A program made the translations under genes and the position numbers. Below the pieces are notes generated by a model that was not told the origin of the DNA, ran no database searches, and was given only the letters and a program-made list of their open reading frames with translations. A stretch of DNA of 64,000 bases from an uncultured Candidatus Saccharibacteria bacterium (GTDB lineage Bacteria; Patescibacteriota; Minisyncoccia; Phycocordibacterales; WO2-35-19): the NCBI GenBank assembly GCA_964630525.1, contig CAZVUY010000001.1, forward strand, positions 44,883 to 108,882, written 5' to 3'. Shown here piece by piece: positions 10,006 to 19,536 of this stretch. How positions within the stretch are numbered: position 1 is the stretch's first letter; every line of letters begins with the position of its first letter.

Positions 10006-10149
10006 GAATTATTGAAAATTTCTCCCCCACTAAGGACCATAAGGTTTAATGGAGCAAATTAAAAGCCCAAGAATCGAGCTTGGACTACATACTATCAGAT
10101 AACCTTCCATTGTCAAACCCCTATCCCAATGAGGGCGCTTCAAGCTTGA

Positions 10150-11049
10150 CTAGACGAGCAAATCCTTAAATTTGGCGACCAATTTGTCGATTTTGGGGGC
10201 GATCACCAGCTGGCAGTAGGCCGCTTCAGGGTGATTTTTGAAATAGTCTTTATGGTAGTCTTCCGCTTGGTAAAACTTGGGCAAGAGCTTGATTTCGGTC
10301 ACGATCGGTTTGTCGAAATAGTGCTCCGCTTCAAGCTTTTTTATAAAATTTTCAGCTACCTCCTTTTGGGTCTCATTCGTATAGAAGATAACGGAACGGT
10401 ACTGAGTGCCCACATCCGCCCCTTGGCGATTGAGAGTGGTCGGGTCATGCACCGCAAAGAAAACATGGAGTAAAATTTCAAAAGAAATTTGACTCGAATC
10501 ATATTCAATCTCAATCACTTCGGCGTGGCCGGTTTGGCTAGTCGACACTTCTTCATAAGTTGGGTTTTCTTTCTCGCCCCCAGCGTAGCCCGGCAACACT
10601 CGCAAAACTCCTCTTAAATTCTGAAAAGTGGCTTCCGTACACCAGAAACAGCCGCCACCAAAATACACTTTTTCTACAAAATTCCTGCTATCTTTGGCGA
10701 CAAACTCCATTGAAATAGAATTGACACAATGTCTCACGTTTTTCTGAGTCAATTGTTCACCCTCAAAGACATGGCCCAGATGGGCGCCACATCTTTCACA
10801 AGTGATTTCCGTCCTCACTCCATCTTTATCCAACACCCTTTTCACTGCCCCCGGCACCTCGGCATCAAAACTTGGCCAGCCACAATGCGCGTCAAACTTG
10901 TCCTCCGATCGATAGAGTGGCGCACTACATCTTCGACATAAATAAACTCCTTCTTCATTGAACTCATCATACTTGCCCGAAAACGGCGCCTCCGTCCCTT
11001 TCTCCTCGATCACCTTTTTCTCTTCCTCAGTTAATTGATTGATTTGCAT
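10150..11049 (-). CDS. msrAB: bifunctional methionine sulfoxide reductase MsrB-MsrA fusion
   Basis: N-terminal SelR/MsrB CGWPSF...RCGAHLGHVF; C-terminal MsrA GGGCFWC...TQYRSVIF. Confidence 0.85.
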   Translation of the reverse strand: MQINQLTEEEKKVIEEKGTEAPFSGKYDEFNEEGVYLCRRCSAPLYRSEDKFDAHCGWPSFDAEVPGAVKRVLDKDGVRTEITCERCGAHLGHVFEGEQLTQKNVRHCVNSISMEFVAKDSRNFVEKVYFGGGCFWCTEATFQNLRGVLRVLPGYAGGEKENPTYEEVSTSQTGHAEVIEIEYDSSQISFEILLHVFFAVHDPTTLNRQGADVGTQYRSVIFYTNETQKEVAENFIKKLEAEHYFDKPIVTEIKLLPKFYQAEDYHKDYFKNHPEAAYCQLVIAPKIDKLVAKFKDLLV

Positions 11050-11058
11050 GTGTATTAT

Positions 11059-11646
11059 TTATCTCGACTCCCCTTCGAAATCTTTGACCCATTCGCCGAG
11101 CTCCATATTTTTGGTGTCGAGATGAATCCAAACACTTTTGCCCACCGAAGGAGGGGTAGCGAAGCTTTCTCCCGGCTGGCGCTCTGCAAAGTTGGCCACT
11201 GCTCGGCCGTCTGTAATACTTATATTTTGAGGTGCTATCCGATCGCCCAGAAACATGGCACCAGTCCCTTTGTAACCCCGACCATCCCTAACCGCCGCCA
11301 CTACGTAAAAGAAGGTACCGCTCCCCGAAGATTGTTGGGTCAGAAACATCACTGCATCTTGGTCTCCATCTTTATCCAAATCAGCGTAGACCGGCTCACT
11401 AAAAACCATTACCACTTCTTTTGAAGCAGAACCGGGCGCTATTTCTTTTTCTATCTTGCCATTTACCAATTGGTAATCCTGCCCAGCGATTTTGTAAGTT
11501 AGGTTCAAGGGATCATTGACCTCCACCAGTTCCCCTTTTGACTCAAGTATAAAATTCACTAGCCGATCAACCCAAAACTTTTGAGTGAAAATGAGTCCGA
11601 GACCGATGACAATAAGAACCAGAAGAATAATTTGGATTTTTTTCAT
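11059..11646 (-). CDS. membrane-anchored hypothetical protein
   Basis: MKKIQIILLVLIVIGLGLIF signal-anchor; no recognised domain; ORF upstream extension overlaps a terminator, so the start is set at the internal Met. Confidence 0.55.
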   Translation of the reverse strand: MKKIQIILLVLIVIGLGLIFTQKFWVDRLVNFILESKGELVEVNDPLNLTYKIAGQDYQLVNGKIEKEIAPGSASKEVVMVFSEPVYADLDKDGDQDAVMFLTQQSSGSGTFFYVVAAVRDGRGYKGTGAMFLGDRIAPQNISITDGRAVANFAERQPGESFATPPSVGKSVWIHLDTKNMELGEWVKDFEGESR

Positions 11647-11659
11647 AGATTCATTATAT

Positions 11660-11698
11660 AACAAAAACTTGCCGTGGTTTCGCAAGCGAAACCACGGC
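11660..11698 (-). terminator. rho-independent terminator (minus strand)
   Basis: GCCGTGGTTTCGCTTGCGAAACCACGGC hairpin followed by AAGTTTTTGTT on minus strand. Confidence 0.6.
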
Positions 11699-11706
11699 AG
11701 TTGACA

Positions 11707-12018
11707 TCATTTCCTTGGGCGCCCTCGTCGAAGAAGCGAGGCACAGAGCCGGGACTCAATTCCCAGTATTTTTTCTCGAACGGTCACAAGGGGCGTATTC
11801 CTCTCTCGTTTGAGAACCTTTACCACCGAAAAAGGCCCAGCAGACCAAGCACTTAGACCAAATTCCGAGCCAATCATCCATCCACCGATCCCCTTCCGAG
11901 TCCAAACGGTTTCCCCGGGCCTCAGATTCCGGGGATAAGGAATCCGCTCGATCCTGGCTTCCCAAGCTTTTTTGCTGATTTTAGGCAAAACTTTCTCCTT
12001 CCGCCTGAGAATATACAA
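11707..12018 (-). other. GC-rich ~350-nt island with overlapping ORFs in several frames; either a TTG-initiated 103-aa basic ORF or an unidentified structured RNA
   Basis: GC content clearly above neighbours; ORFs in 3 frames overlap; ends at a terminator on the minus strand. Confidence 0.25.
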
Positions 12019-12062
12019 TCATGTAGAGCTTTAGTCAATAGGACTAAATCATAAGACATTTC

Positions 12063-12476
12063 CTACCACGCCCCGAGAATAAAACCGAAAATAATGAAAA
12101 GTACGAGGTTGTAACCAGCTTGAATCAAAAAGCGGGCCCAAGAAACTTTGGCCGAATCATTGTTCCACATACTTCCAGCAGCAATGGTCGGCATTATAAA
12201 TGCAGCCCATATCCAAAGAGCATTTTCAATACCACTCGCCCCTTGCCAACCTTTGATGTAATACGCGAGCACCCACGCCTGAAAAAGAGCGAGGACGAAT
12301 TGGGTCAAATAAAGTTTCCCCACCCCCTTCTGCATTTCTCTCCTCCTTTCCAAATCAAGCTCGGTTGCACCGATCACCTCCAGCCACTTTTTACCAAAAA
12401 GCGGTCCGTACCACACGTAGCCGAGCACCATAGCCAGCACCCCACACACCACCACCGCCAAATAATTTATCTCCAT
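12063..12476 (-). CDS. DUF1761-family membrane protein
   Basis: MEINYLAVVVCGVLAMVLGYVWYGPLFGKKW... typical DUF1761. Confidence 0.6.
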   Translation of the reverse strand: MEINYLAVVVCGVLAMVLGYVWYGPLFGKKWLEVIGATELDLERRREMQKGVGKLYLTQFVLALFQAWVLAYYIKGWQGASGIENALWIWAAFIMPTIAAGSMWNNDSAKVSWARFLIQAGYNLVLFIIFGFILGAW

Positions 12477-12623
12477 GTTTGATTTATTTAAAAATTATTA
12501 AAAACCCTAGTCTTAATCTTAACAAACAAATCATAGCAAGGTAATTAAGGATTAAATTTTTCGATCATCTTTTAACACCTTTTCCTTGACTATACTTAAA
12601 CAAATAGAATACCCTAAAGATAG

Positions 12624-13139
12624 GTGCTATTTATGACCAAACTAGTAATTTCCGTGGCACGACCGGCAACAGTGGTGTTCGTAGCCAAAATTCTGGAGGG
12701 GATTCTTGAGTCGAAACAGCATGCTGTAACTCGAGACATCTTCGGTCTACGGCGAGACATCCCCTACGTAGCAGGGGTACTTGCCGATTCAATGTTGCCA
12801 ATAACCAGGCATGATTTCTGGGAATTGCGCTCGCTTTTAGAGGCCAGACAATTTTTCGTTGACAAACTGAATGGCCCAAGAAGTGCATTTGAGGCCAAGC
12901 ACGAGGCAGATCAGTTGCTTCTACTTCTAAGTAGCCGACCAACAAGGATCAGATGGGGGGGAATCCCTGAATATGAAGTCAGGGAATTGCAACAAATCGG
13001 TAGTACCTTGTATGGTGTAGCCGCTGAACTTTCAGTGGAACCGGAAAAGGAGGATTTAACTGCAATGTCTCTCGATTTTGATCCTTGGATTGAAGTGCTC
13101 TCCGACCTCAACAGGTCTCGACCAATCATAACGATCTAA
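12624..13139 (+). CDS. hypothetical protein
   Basis: 171-aa ORF followed by a terminator; no recognisable motif. Confidence 0.45.
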   Translation: MLFMTKLVISVARPATVVFVAKILEGILESKQHAVTRDIFGLRRDIPYVAGVLADSMLPITRHDFWELRSLLEARQFFVDKLNGPRSAFEAKHEADQLLLLLSSRPTRIRWGGIPEYEVRELQQIGSTLYGVAAELSVEPEKEDLTAMSLDFDPWIEVLSDLNRSRPIITI

Positions 13140-13146
13140 GCCGAGG

Positions 13147-13182
13147 GCTCCGCACAACAGTGCGGAGCCAGTTTTTGTAACT
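13147..13182 (+). terminator. rho-independent terminator
   Basis: GGCTCCGCAC-AACAG-TGCGGAGCC then AGTTTTTGT. Confidence 0.6.
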
Positions 13183-13185
13183 TCA

Positions 13186-13704
13186 CTAAACCATTCTTCC
13201 ATCATACGCCCAGTGGAGGAGGGCTTGGCGTTGGGTGGGGCGACAGGAGAGGTCGCCTGCGCGGCAATTTTTGGCCACTTGAGCCAAATGTCGCCTGGTC
13301 GCCAGCCACCTCTTTATCTGCCTCTCATCATCCTCGCTTCGACGACCCAAGTAGTAGCGGCAGTACCACTCGAACCAGCCATGCGGGTCTTGTTTGTTTA
13401 TCCAACCCTTCTTCTGCCAAACAGAGAGCGGTTGGCTAGCTCCTACTTTGAAAAAATTGAGTTCGTCGTGCTTCTTCCCATCTTTAGAAAGCTTAGCTCC
13501 TTTAAACCAATCCTTTGGCAAATCTTTGGGGATCAACCCTTTGACCCCGATGAAGTAAGCTCCACCAAAGACCCCAATCTTGAGCATCTGTTTGGGCGAG
13601 AGGTCCGGCTTGAACCTTTTGTCAAAATTTTTGCCGATCGGTTCAGTCAAAAAGTATTTGTAATTTTTCTGGAAATTATCGCTATATGTAATCTGCTTTT
13701 TCAT
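13186..13704 (-). CDS. hypothetical protein
   Basis: 172-aa ORF, Trp/basic-rich; no confident family. Confidence 0.45.
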   Translation of the reverse strand: MKKQITYSDNFQKNYKYFLTEPIGKNFDKRFKPDLSPKQMLKIGVFGGAYFIGVKGLIPKDLPKDWFKGAKLSKDGKKHDELNFFKVGASQPLSVWQKKGWINKQDPHGWFEWYCRYYLGRRSEDDERQIKRWLATRRHLAQVAKNCRAGDLSCRPTQRQALLHWAYDGRMV

Positions 13705-13705
13705 T

Positions 13706-14149
13706 TTATTTTGCGATCAAATACCAAGCCAAGATTAAAAGTGCTGACCACCAACCCAAGAAGGAGACAATGAAGCTCAGGGTGATCTTGCGTTGCAAAG
13801 AGGTCAGCAATAGCTCAGTCGCCCTACCCTCCCGCTCCTGTTTCAGCAGAAATGGGCTGACCACAAAACTCAAAAAACAACCGTTGAGAATTAAAACCAC
13901 GGCGATAACTAGGTGCCAGAGCGGCGCGCCCGCCAGAACTTCATTACGATAAAAAATAACTCCACCGATCAAAGCGAGGGTGGTGCCGATCCAAATGAGC
14001 GGCTTCGTAACCTTATGGGTGCGTGTCGTTGCTTCGGTCCAATACGCAGATTTGCGCCCCAAAAATCCATGGATATCGATCACCGTCACTGCCCCAAGCC
14101 CAATCACAAACCCGGCGAGCATAATAAAGAGCCCGAAGAAATCTAACAT
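13706..14149 (-). CDS. hypothetical 4-TM membrane protein
   Basis: four hydrophobic segments. Confidence 0.5.
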   Translation of the reverse strand: MLDFFGLFIMLAGFVIGLGAVTVIDIHGFLGRKSAYWTEATTRTHKVTKPLIWIGTTLALIGGVIFYRNEVLAGAPLWHLVIAVVLILNGCFLSFVVSPFLLKQEREGRATELLLTSLQRKITLSFIVSFLGWWSALLILAWYLIAK

Positions 14150-14184
14150 GACCTTATTTTACACCCTTACAGAAACACAACAAC

Positions 14185-14228
14185 TTTTATTCGTGTCATT
14201 CGAGACTATTCGTGTATTGGTGTCGAGT
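14185..14228. repeat. family-1 TTCGTGT repeat copy
   Basis: TTTTATTCGTGTCATTCGAGACTATTCGTGTATTGGTGTCGAG. Confidence 0.7.
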
Positions 14229-14229
14229 A

Positions 14230-15975
14230 TTACATCCTTTCTGGTACCTTTATACCCAAAAGATGGAGGCCATTTTTGAGAATGTGATAGACCGACTCAG
14301 TGAGTGCCACCTTGTAAGAAGAAGTTGGGTCTTCTTCACTTATTATTTTGTTATTACCATAAAAACTATTGAAAGCTGAGGCGAGTTCGGTGAGATAAGT
14401 GACCAAATGGTGCGGTGCGTACTCCTGCCCAGCCCGCTCGACAATTTCCGGAAAACGATAGAGCATTCTTTCGACTTCAGTCGGTTCCCACTCCGCTAAA
14501 GCTTCGCGGGATAAATCCCAATTTTGAAGTACCTCTTCGCCCCCCTCTCCTAACCTAGGAGAGGGGCTGGGGGTGAGGTTGGCTTTTTCAAGCACAGATT
14601 TTGCCCTTACTGCCGTATATTGTAAGTATGGTCCACTGTCCCCTTCAAAAGAAATCGACTTTTCAAAATCAAAAACAATATCGCCCCCGATCGCTTGTCG
14701 CAGTATCGAATACTTGATCGCACCTATACCAACTTGCTCTGCTATTTTTACTGCCTCTTCTCCATCTATAACTTCTGGTATTCTGCCATTCTGATGCATT
14801 TTTTCTAAAACCCTGTCTTGGATCTGCTGAATCAAACTTCCTGCAGTGATCACGTCCCCTGTTCTTGAAGACATCTTGCCGGTCGGTAGCCGCAACATGC
14901 CGTGAGACAAATGCTTCAACTTACCCTTTAATTCTGCGAAAATCTCTCCAATAGCTACTTCAACAACTTTGAAAAAAGAGTCTTGCTCGTTTGCTGTTAC
15001 TGTTATTGATTGAACGTAGTTGCCAAAACTGCTTATCTTTAATTTAGCCAAACCGAGCTCCTTGGCTTCATAAGTTGGCAAACCATCTTTATTTAAGAAA
15101 ACTCTGGTGTGAGTCTTTGGCTCAAAATTTTCTCCCCGAAAAACAACCGCTCCTTCTGATTCTTCAAAAATTTTTCCTGTATTTTCCTTTACCAACTCCT
15201 GCCCTATCTCCCCCGATTCGCTTTCAAAAAAATGTTTGTCAAAATGACTATCTAATTTTTTATAGGTTGATTCGAAATATTCTAAAGAGGTCTCTCTGCC
15301 GAGGTCATATAGTTGATTTATGTCTTGATCTTCTTTCGTATAGATTTTTTTATTTATATCGGTAGCCACACGACGCATTTCATCACTACTTTCGTACATG
15401 TTAGATCCAGCAGCATAGGCTTTACCCCAAAAAGTAACTTTATCTGAAATCGGAGCTTCGCTAGGAGGTACAAATTTATCTTGGAATGAAGTGACTCCGA
15501 GAATGGCTTTTGCCACATGTAAACCAACATCTCCATGATAGCTACAAGTTTTAACATCAGCATTGTTTGCCTTCAAAATTCTAGCGACTGATTCACCGAC
15601 CGCATTGTTCATCAGGTGGCCAATATGAAATTCCTTGAAAGGGTTTGGTTGGGTATGCTCGATAACAATCTTTTGACCAGCTAGCAATTTTGTCTCTCCA
15701 AATTGTTCACCCTGATCATTGATCTCCTTTATCGATTCAGCAAAAAATTGTTTGGAAAGTAAAAGATTGATGAATCTTGGAGGAGCAAATTCTATAGCTT
15801 CAATTTCTGCAATCTTGGTGGCCTTCAATTTTTCAAAATTAGCCTCGGCGTCTGAACCATTTATGATCAAAGTATAGTCTCCATTTTCAAGCTCTTTTGG
15901 GTGCACCAAAACCAGACCCTCTAATTCCAGCGTCTCCTTCACCCACTTTTCAATTTTTCCTTTTATTCGTGTCAT
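14230..15975 (-). CDS. argS: arginine--tRNA ligase
   Basis: HTQPNPFKEFHIGHLMN HIGH region; C-terminal DALR-type end ...KVPERM; carries an in-frame GC-rich repeat insertion (TPSPSPRLGEGG). Confidence 0.88.
   Translation of the reverse strand: MTRIKGKIEKWVKETLELEGLVLVHPKELENGDYTLIINGSDAEANFEKLKATKIAEIEAIEFAPPRFINLLLSKQFFAESIKEINDQGEQFGETKLLAGQKIVIEHTQPNPFKEFHIGHLMNNAVGESVARILKANNADVKTCSYHGDVGLHVAKAILGVTSFQDKFVPPSEAPISDKVTFWGKAYAAGSNMYESSDEMRRVATDINKKIYTKEDQDINQLYDLGRETSLEYFESTYKKLDSHFDKHFFESESGEIGQELVKENTGKIFEESEGAVVFRGENFEPKTHTRVFLNKDGLPTYEAKELGLAKLKISSFGNYVQSITVTANEQDSFFKVVEVAIGEIFAELKGKLKHLSHGMLRLPTGKMSSRTGDVITAGSLIQQIQDRVLEKMHQNGRIPEVIDGEEAVKIAEQVGIGAIKYSILRQAIGGDIVFDFEKSISFEGDSGPYLQYTAVRAKSVLEKANLTPSPSPRLGEGGEEVLQNWDLSREALAEWEPTEVERMLYRFPEIVERAGQEYAPHHLVTYLTELASAFNSFYGNNKIISEEDPTSSYKVALTESVYHILKNGLHLLGIKVPERM
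14540..14583. repeat. family-2 GC-rich palindromic repeat inside the argS CDS (in frame)
   Basis: CCCCCTCTCCTAACCTAGGAGAGGGGCTGGGGGTGAGGTTGG. Confidence 0.65.
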
Positions 15976-16004
15976 TCGTTTCCAATTCGTGTATTAGTGT
16001 CGTG
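15962..16004. repeat. family-1 TTCGTGT repeat copy; supplies the argS start codon and first codons
   Basis: TTTTATTCGTGTCATTCGTTTCCAATTCGTGTATTAGTGTCGTG. Confidence 0.7.
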
Positions 16005-16054
16005 TACTATTTATACCACTTCCGGTATCAAAAAAGAAAGTTATATCTGAACCT

Positions 16055-16092
16055 CATCAAAAGTGGCCGCTCGGAAATACACGAGCGGCCAC
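16055..16092 (-). terminator. rho-independent terminator after the HEAT-repeat gene
   Basis: GTGGCCGCTCG-GAAATACAC-GAGCGGCCAC stem followed by a T-run on the minus strand. Confidence 0.45.
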
Positions 16093-16096
16093 AAGT

Positions 16097-16708
16097 CTAT
16101 TTTCCATAGAAACCCGCTAGCCCGTCTCTAGCCACTTTCCGGTTTGATTCAAGAGCATCACTTACAACGTCACCAAGCTCTTTGTTGCCCATGATTCCTT
16201 GCAGAAAATACAAGGCTTCTCTTCTGCCAGAAATACCGAGAGCTTGTACGGCCGCTCGAGCAACATAAAGCTGATGATTGCCCCCGACCATTGTTGGAGA
16301 GTTCCAAGAAAGAAAACCCGGCCGATCTCTTGATTCCACCAGTTTTTTGAGAAAATCCATCGGCTTATCACCGCCCTTGTTGGCCAAAAAGCCGAGAGCC
16401 TGCACGGCCGCGAATTTTGCGTCCCACTGGTGTTCAGTTATACGACCGTTACCTTGGGTAATAATACCAACGATCAAACCCGCCTGCTTTTCGTCACCGA
16501 TGATTCCAATCATTGACACCGCATTAGCCCAACACTTCTGCTTAGAAGCATCGTTCACAATAGCGATCAATTTTGCCATTGGATCTGGATTTTTAGGCAG
16601 AGCCGCAACCAAAGTATACGGCACGCCATGAATAAACGTTGCGCAAGCAATTTCTTCCACCGTACTGCCACCCAGTAAGGTTGGCAAAAGAGCTAGAGCT
16701 AGCTTCAT
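16097..16708 (-). CDS. secreted HEAT/PBS-lyase-like repeat protein
   Basis: signal peptide MKLALALLPTLLGG; repeated ...AAVQALG... helical repeats. Confidence 0.5.
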   Translation of the reverse strand: MKLALALLPTLLGGSTVEEIACATFIHGVPYTLVAALPKNPDPMAKLIAIVNDASKQKCWANAVSMIGIIGDEKQAGLIVGIITQGNGRITEHQWDAKFAAVQALGFLANKGGDKPMDFLKKLVESRDRPGFLSWNSPTMVGGNHQLYVARAAVQALGISGRREALYFLQGIMGNKELGDVVSDALESNRKVARDGLAGFYGK

Positions 16709-16741
16709 ACTAAGCCTCCTACTTTTTATAATACCATAAAC

Positions 16742-17299
16742 CTAAATTTTGCTTAACTTCCTGAAGAGTCTATACGCGGTCATGGCGCCATTCAGTGCAT
16801 TGTGTGGTTCGGGTTCGGGTGGGACGTCAAAGAGCCGACAAGCGGTTTTTAAACTAAAACTACTTTCATTTTTCAAACCTTTAGCCCAAGCGATCGAGAG
16901 TAGGTCCAGACGGTCGTGATTTTCAAAAGTATTCATCGGATTTGGAATTCCGGTTTTTAAGAAAGCATGATTAATAAAACCCCAATCGAAGGTGGCGTTG
17001 TAAGCACAAAACACTCCACCTCCGGCTCGTTCCTTATACTCCCGTACTGCTTCCTCCAAACTCACAGCCTCTTCCCAATCTTTTTCGTTATAACCGTTAT
17101 AATCTAGCGCGGCCTGTTTAGCATTTTCAATATTAGTGGGTTTTACTTTTCGATTGTAACTATCGATGATTTCAAAAGTTTCTGGGTCGAATAAAACAAG
17201 ACCAATTTCAAGTATTTCATGGACACCAAAAATATCACCGCTTGTCTCCAAATCCGTCATTGCAATTTTTCTTTTACCTTTGTTCATTTTATTTTCCAT
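16742..17299 (-). CDS. DEDDh 3'-5' exonuclease (DnaQ-like)
   Basis: Exo I MTDLETSG, Exo II YNATFDWGF, Exo III HNALNGAMTAYRLF. Confidence 0.75.
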   Translation of the reverse strand: MENKMNKGKRKIAMTDLETSGDIFGVHEILEIGLVLFDPETFEIIDSYNRKVKPTNIENAKQAALDYNGYNEKDWEEAVSLEEAVREYKERAGGGVFCAYNATFDWGFINHAFLKTGIPNPMNTFENHDRLDLLSIAWAKGLKNESSFSLKTACRLFDVPPEPEPHNALNGAMTAYRLFRKLSKI

Positions 17300-17546
17300 A
17301 AAGTTGGTGATGAGTACCTATATGTATAAATATTGCAATTTCTCCTTCCATATAATATATGGTTCTGTAATCTCCCGTAATATTTATACTCCTACACCCA
17401 TCATACTTACCACCCAATGTGTGGTTGTTTAAAATAGGATCAAATGGATTTTCAAGAAAAATATTCCTCTTGATTTTGAAAAGTTTTTTTACCTTCTGCG
17501 GTAATTTATTGTAGTCTTTATTAAAACTACTGTGCAGAATAATCAT
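17289..17546 (-). CDS. type II toxin, RelE/YafQ family
   Basis: HTLGGKYDGCRSINITGDYRTIYYMEGEIAIFIHIGTHHQLY. Confidence 0.75.
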   Translation of the reverse strand: MIILHSSFNKDYNKLPQKVKKLFKIKRNIFLENPFDPILNNHTLGGKYDGCRSINITGDYRTIYYMEGEIAIFIHIGTHHQLYGK

Positions 17547-17824
17547 AGACTATCGAGATATCGATCCATTTCTGTCGCAGTTTTAAAAAGCGGGGAGAGA
17601 TTTTTTCCTTGCTTAATATCTTTTAGGGCTTTATCTAAAATTTTTGCAGTTTTAGCGTTAGGTAGAAGAGGAGCATTTACGGTAATGGATCTTTCTGAAA
17701 CAAATTTCCTTAATGCACTATTTACCACCAAACTCAAAGGAATACCAGCTTCTTTGGCTGTTTTTTGAGCTTCTTTTTTGAGCTTTGCATCTGTTTTTAT
17801 ATTCAATACCGTTTTCATACCCAA
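17543..17824 (-). CDS. type II antitoxin, RelB/DinJ family
   Basis: MKTVLNIKTDAKLKKEAQKTAKEAGIPLSLVVNSALRKFV RHH motif; 4-nt overlap with toxin gene. Confidence 0.75.
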   Translation of the reverse strand: MGMKTVLNIKTDAKLKKEAQKTAKEAGIPLSLVVNSALRKFVSERSITVNAPLLPNAKTAKILDKALKDIKQGKNLSPLFKTATEMDRYLDSL

Positions 17825-17857
17825 AGTATATACAACGGTTAAGTAGTAGTCAATCGG

Positions 17858-18280
17858 TCATTTCCCCGTACTCCCAAACCCACCTTCCCCTCTCTCTGTT
17901 TCTGAAAGCTTGTCTGTTTCAACAATTTCCATATGTTCCACTTTTTGCACTAACATCTGCATCACTTTGTGGCCTTTTTCAAAAGTGTAAGTATCTTTGC
18001 CGAGGTTTATAACAGCCATCACCAGCTCTCCACGAAAACTTGAGTCGATCACTCCCGCCAAAACTTTGATACCATGCTTCATCGAGAGCCCGCTCTTGTC
18101 CCAACAGAGCCCAACATAACCTTCCGGTATTTCCATCGCCACTCCGCTTCTGATCCTCACCACTTCACCTGGCTTCACCTCAACCTCTTCGAGTGCAAAC
18201 AAGTCCATCCCCGCATCTCCCTCTGTCGCATATTTTGGAAGCTTGGCCTCCGGGTGTAATTTTTTAACCTTTAGCTGCAT
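17858..18280 (-). CDS. dut: dUTP diphosphatase
   Basis: RIRSGVAME...GVIDSSFRGEL motifs. Confidence 0.85.
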   Translation of the reverse strand: MQLKVKKLHPEAKLPKYATEGDAGMDLFALEEVEVKPGEVVRIRSGVAMEIPEGYVGLCWDKSGLSMKHGIKVLAGVIDSSFRGELVMAVINLGKDTYTFEKGHKVMQMLVQKVEHMEIVETDKLSETERGEGGFGSTGK

Positions 18281-18282
18281 CT

Positions 18283-19482
18283 TTATTTTTTACCGCGCAA
18301 CACTTTATCAATCTTCCTGGCAATCGCTACAAAATCTTTTTCTTTTTTGCCCCGAGTCGTCTCGGCTGCACTACCAAGTCTTATACCTGATGGATCCATC
18401 GGACTACGAGTTTCGTTTGGAATTGTATTTTTGTTGACTATAATCCCCGCCTTTTCGAGCTTATCGCTCGCCTCTTTCCCTGAAATCCCCTCCCCACCCA
18501 TCCATGTATCTACCAAAATCAAGTGAGTGTCGGTACCTCCTGAAATAACTCTCCACCCCAATTTTGAAAGTTCATCAGAAAGAGCTTTGGCGTTTTTGAT
18601 CACCTGCTTTGCATATTTTTGAAATGCAGGAGAAGCAGCTTCCTTGAGAGCCACCGCCACCGCCGCGATCTGGTTGAGGTGTGGGCCACCTTGGAGCCCA
18701 GGGAAAACGGCTTTGTCTATGAGCTCTGAAATATTTTTATCTTCTCCTTTGGCATTTTTAATCGTCACATCATTCCTCGAAAAAATCATGGCCGAACGTG
18801 GGCCCCTGAGCGTCTTGTGTACGGTAGTCGTCACCACATGAGCGCAAGCAAAAGGAGATGGGTAGGCCTTGCCCGCCACCAGCCCGGCAAAATGCGACAT
18901 GTCGACCATAAGTATCGCCCCCACTTTATCGGCAATTTCTCTAAACTTTTTAAAATCTACAATTCGCGGATAAGCAGTAAAGCCAGCGACAATAATGCTC
19001 GGTTTTTCTCTTCTGGCAATCTCTCTCACTTCTTCGTAGTCGATTTGCTCTGTCTCTTTATTTACTCCATATGCTACCTGCTCCCAAAATTTACCAGTAG
19101 CGGAAACTTTGTGTCCATGAGTGAGGTGACCACCATGATCGAGCGACATCCCCATGATCTTGCCGCCTTTTGGCACAAGGGCTAAGTACACAGCAAGATT
19201 TGCTGGACTCCCCGAAAGCGGCTGCACGTTGACAGACCATTTTGAAGTAAGCCCGAAAAGTTTGAGAGCTCTCTCTTTGGCCAAGTTTTCAATTTTGTCT
19301 ACAAACTCATTACCGCCGTAATACCGCAGTTTAGAATACCCTTCTGCGTATTTGTTGGTCAGCTCGCTCCCCAAGGCCGCGAGCACATCTTTAGAAACAT
19401 AGTTCTCAGAAGCAATCAGGTTTATAACGCTCTTCTGCCTCTTCTTCTCACTCTCAATTAATTTTTTTATTTGTATATCCAT
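18283..19482 (-). CDS. glyA: serine hydroxymethyltransferase
   Basis: LIASENYVS...; PLP-site pattern HVVTTTVHKTLRGPR. Confidence 0.92.
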   Translation of the reverse strand: MDIQIKKLIESEKKRQKSVINLIASENYVSKDVLAALGSELTNKYAEGYSKLRYYGGNEFVDKIENLAKERALKLFGLTSKWSVNVQPLSGSPANLAVYLALVPKGGKIMGMSLDHGGHLTHGHKVSATGKFWEQVAYGVNKETEQIDYEEVREIARREKPSIIVAGFTAYPRIVDFKKFREIADKVGAILMVDMSHFAGLVAGKAYPSPFACAHVVTTTVHKTLRGPRSAMIFSRNDVTIKNAKGEDKNISELIDKAVFPGLQGGPHLNQIAAVAVALKEAASPAFQKYAKQVIKNAKALSDELSKLGWRVISGGTDTHLILVDTWMGGEGISGKEASDKLEKAGIIVNKNTIPNETRSPMDPSGIRLGSAAETTRGKKEKDFVAIARKIDKVLRGKK

Positions 19483-19536
19483 AAGAAAATAGTTATTTGG
19501 TAATATTCGGTTCTGCTAAACTTATATCATCTGATT

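Noticed and set aside
11700-12060. RNase P RNA / tmRNA / SRP RNA identity for the GC-rich island
   Set aside because: P4 strands (AAGUCCGGG / CCCGGCUU), the tmRNA tRNA-like end and the SRP GGAA-AGCAGC motif could not be found in either orientation; left as unidentified
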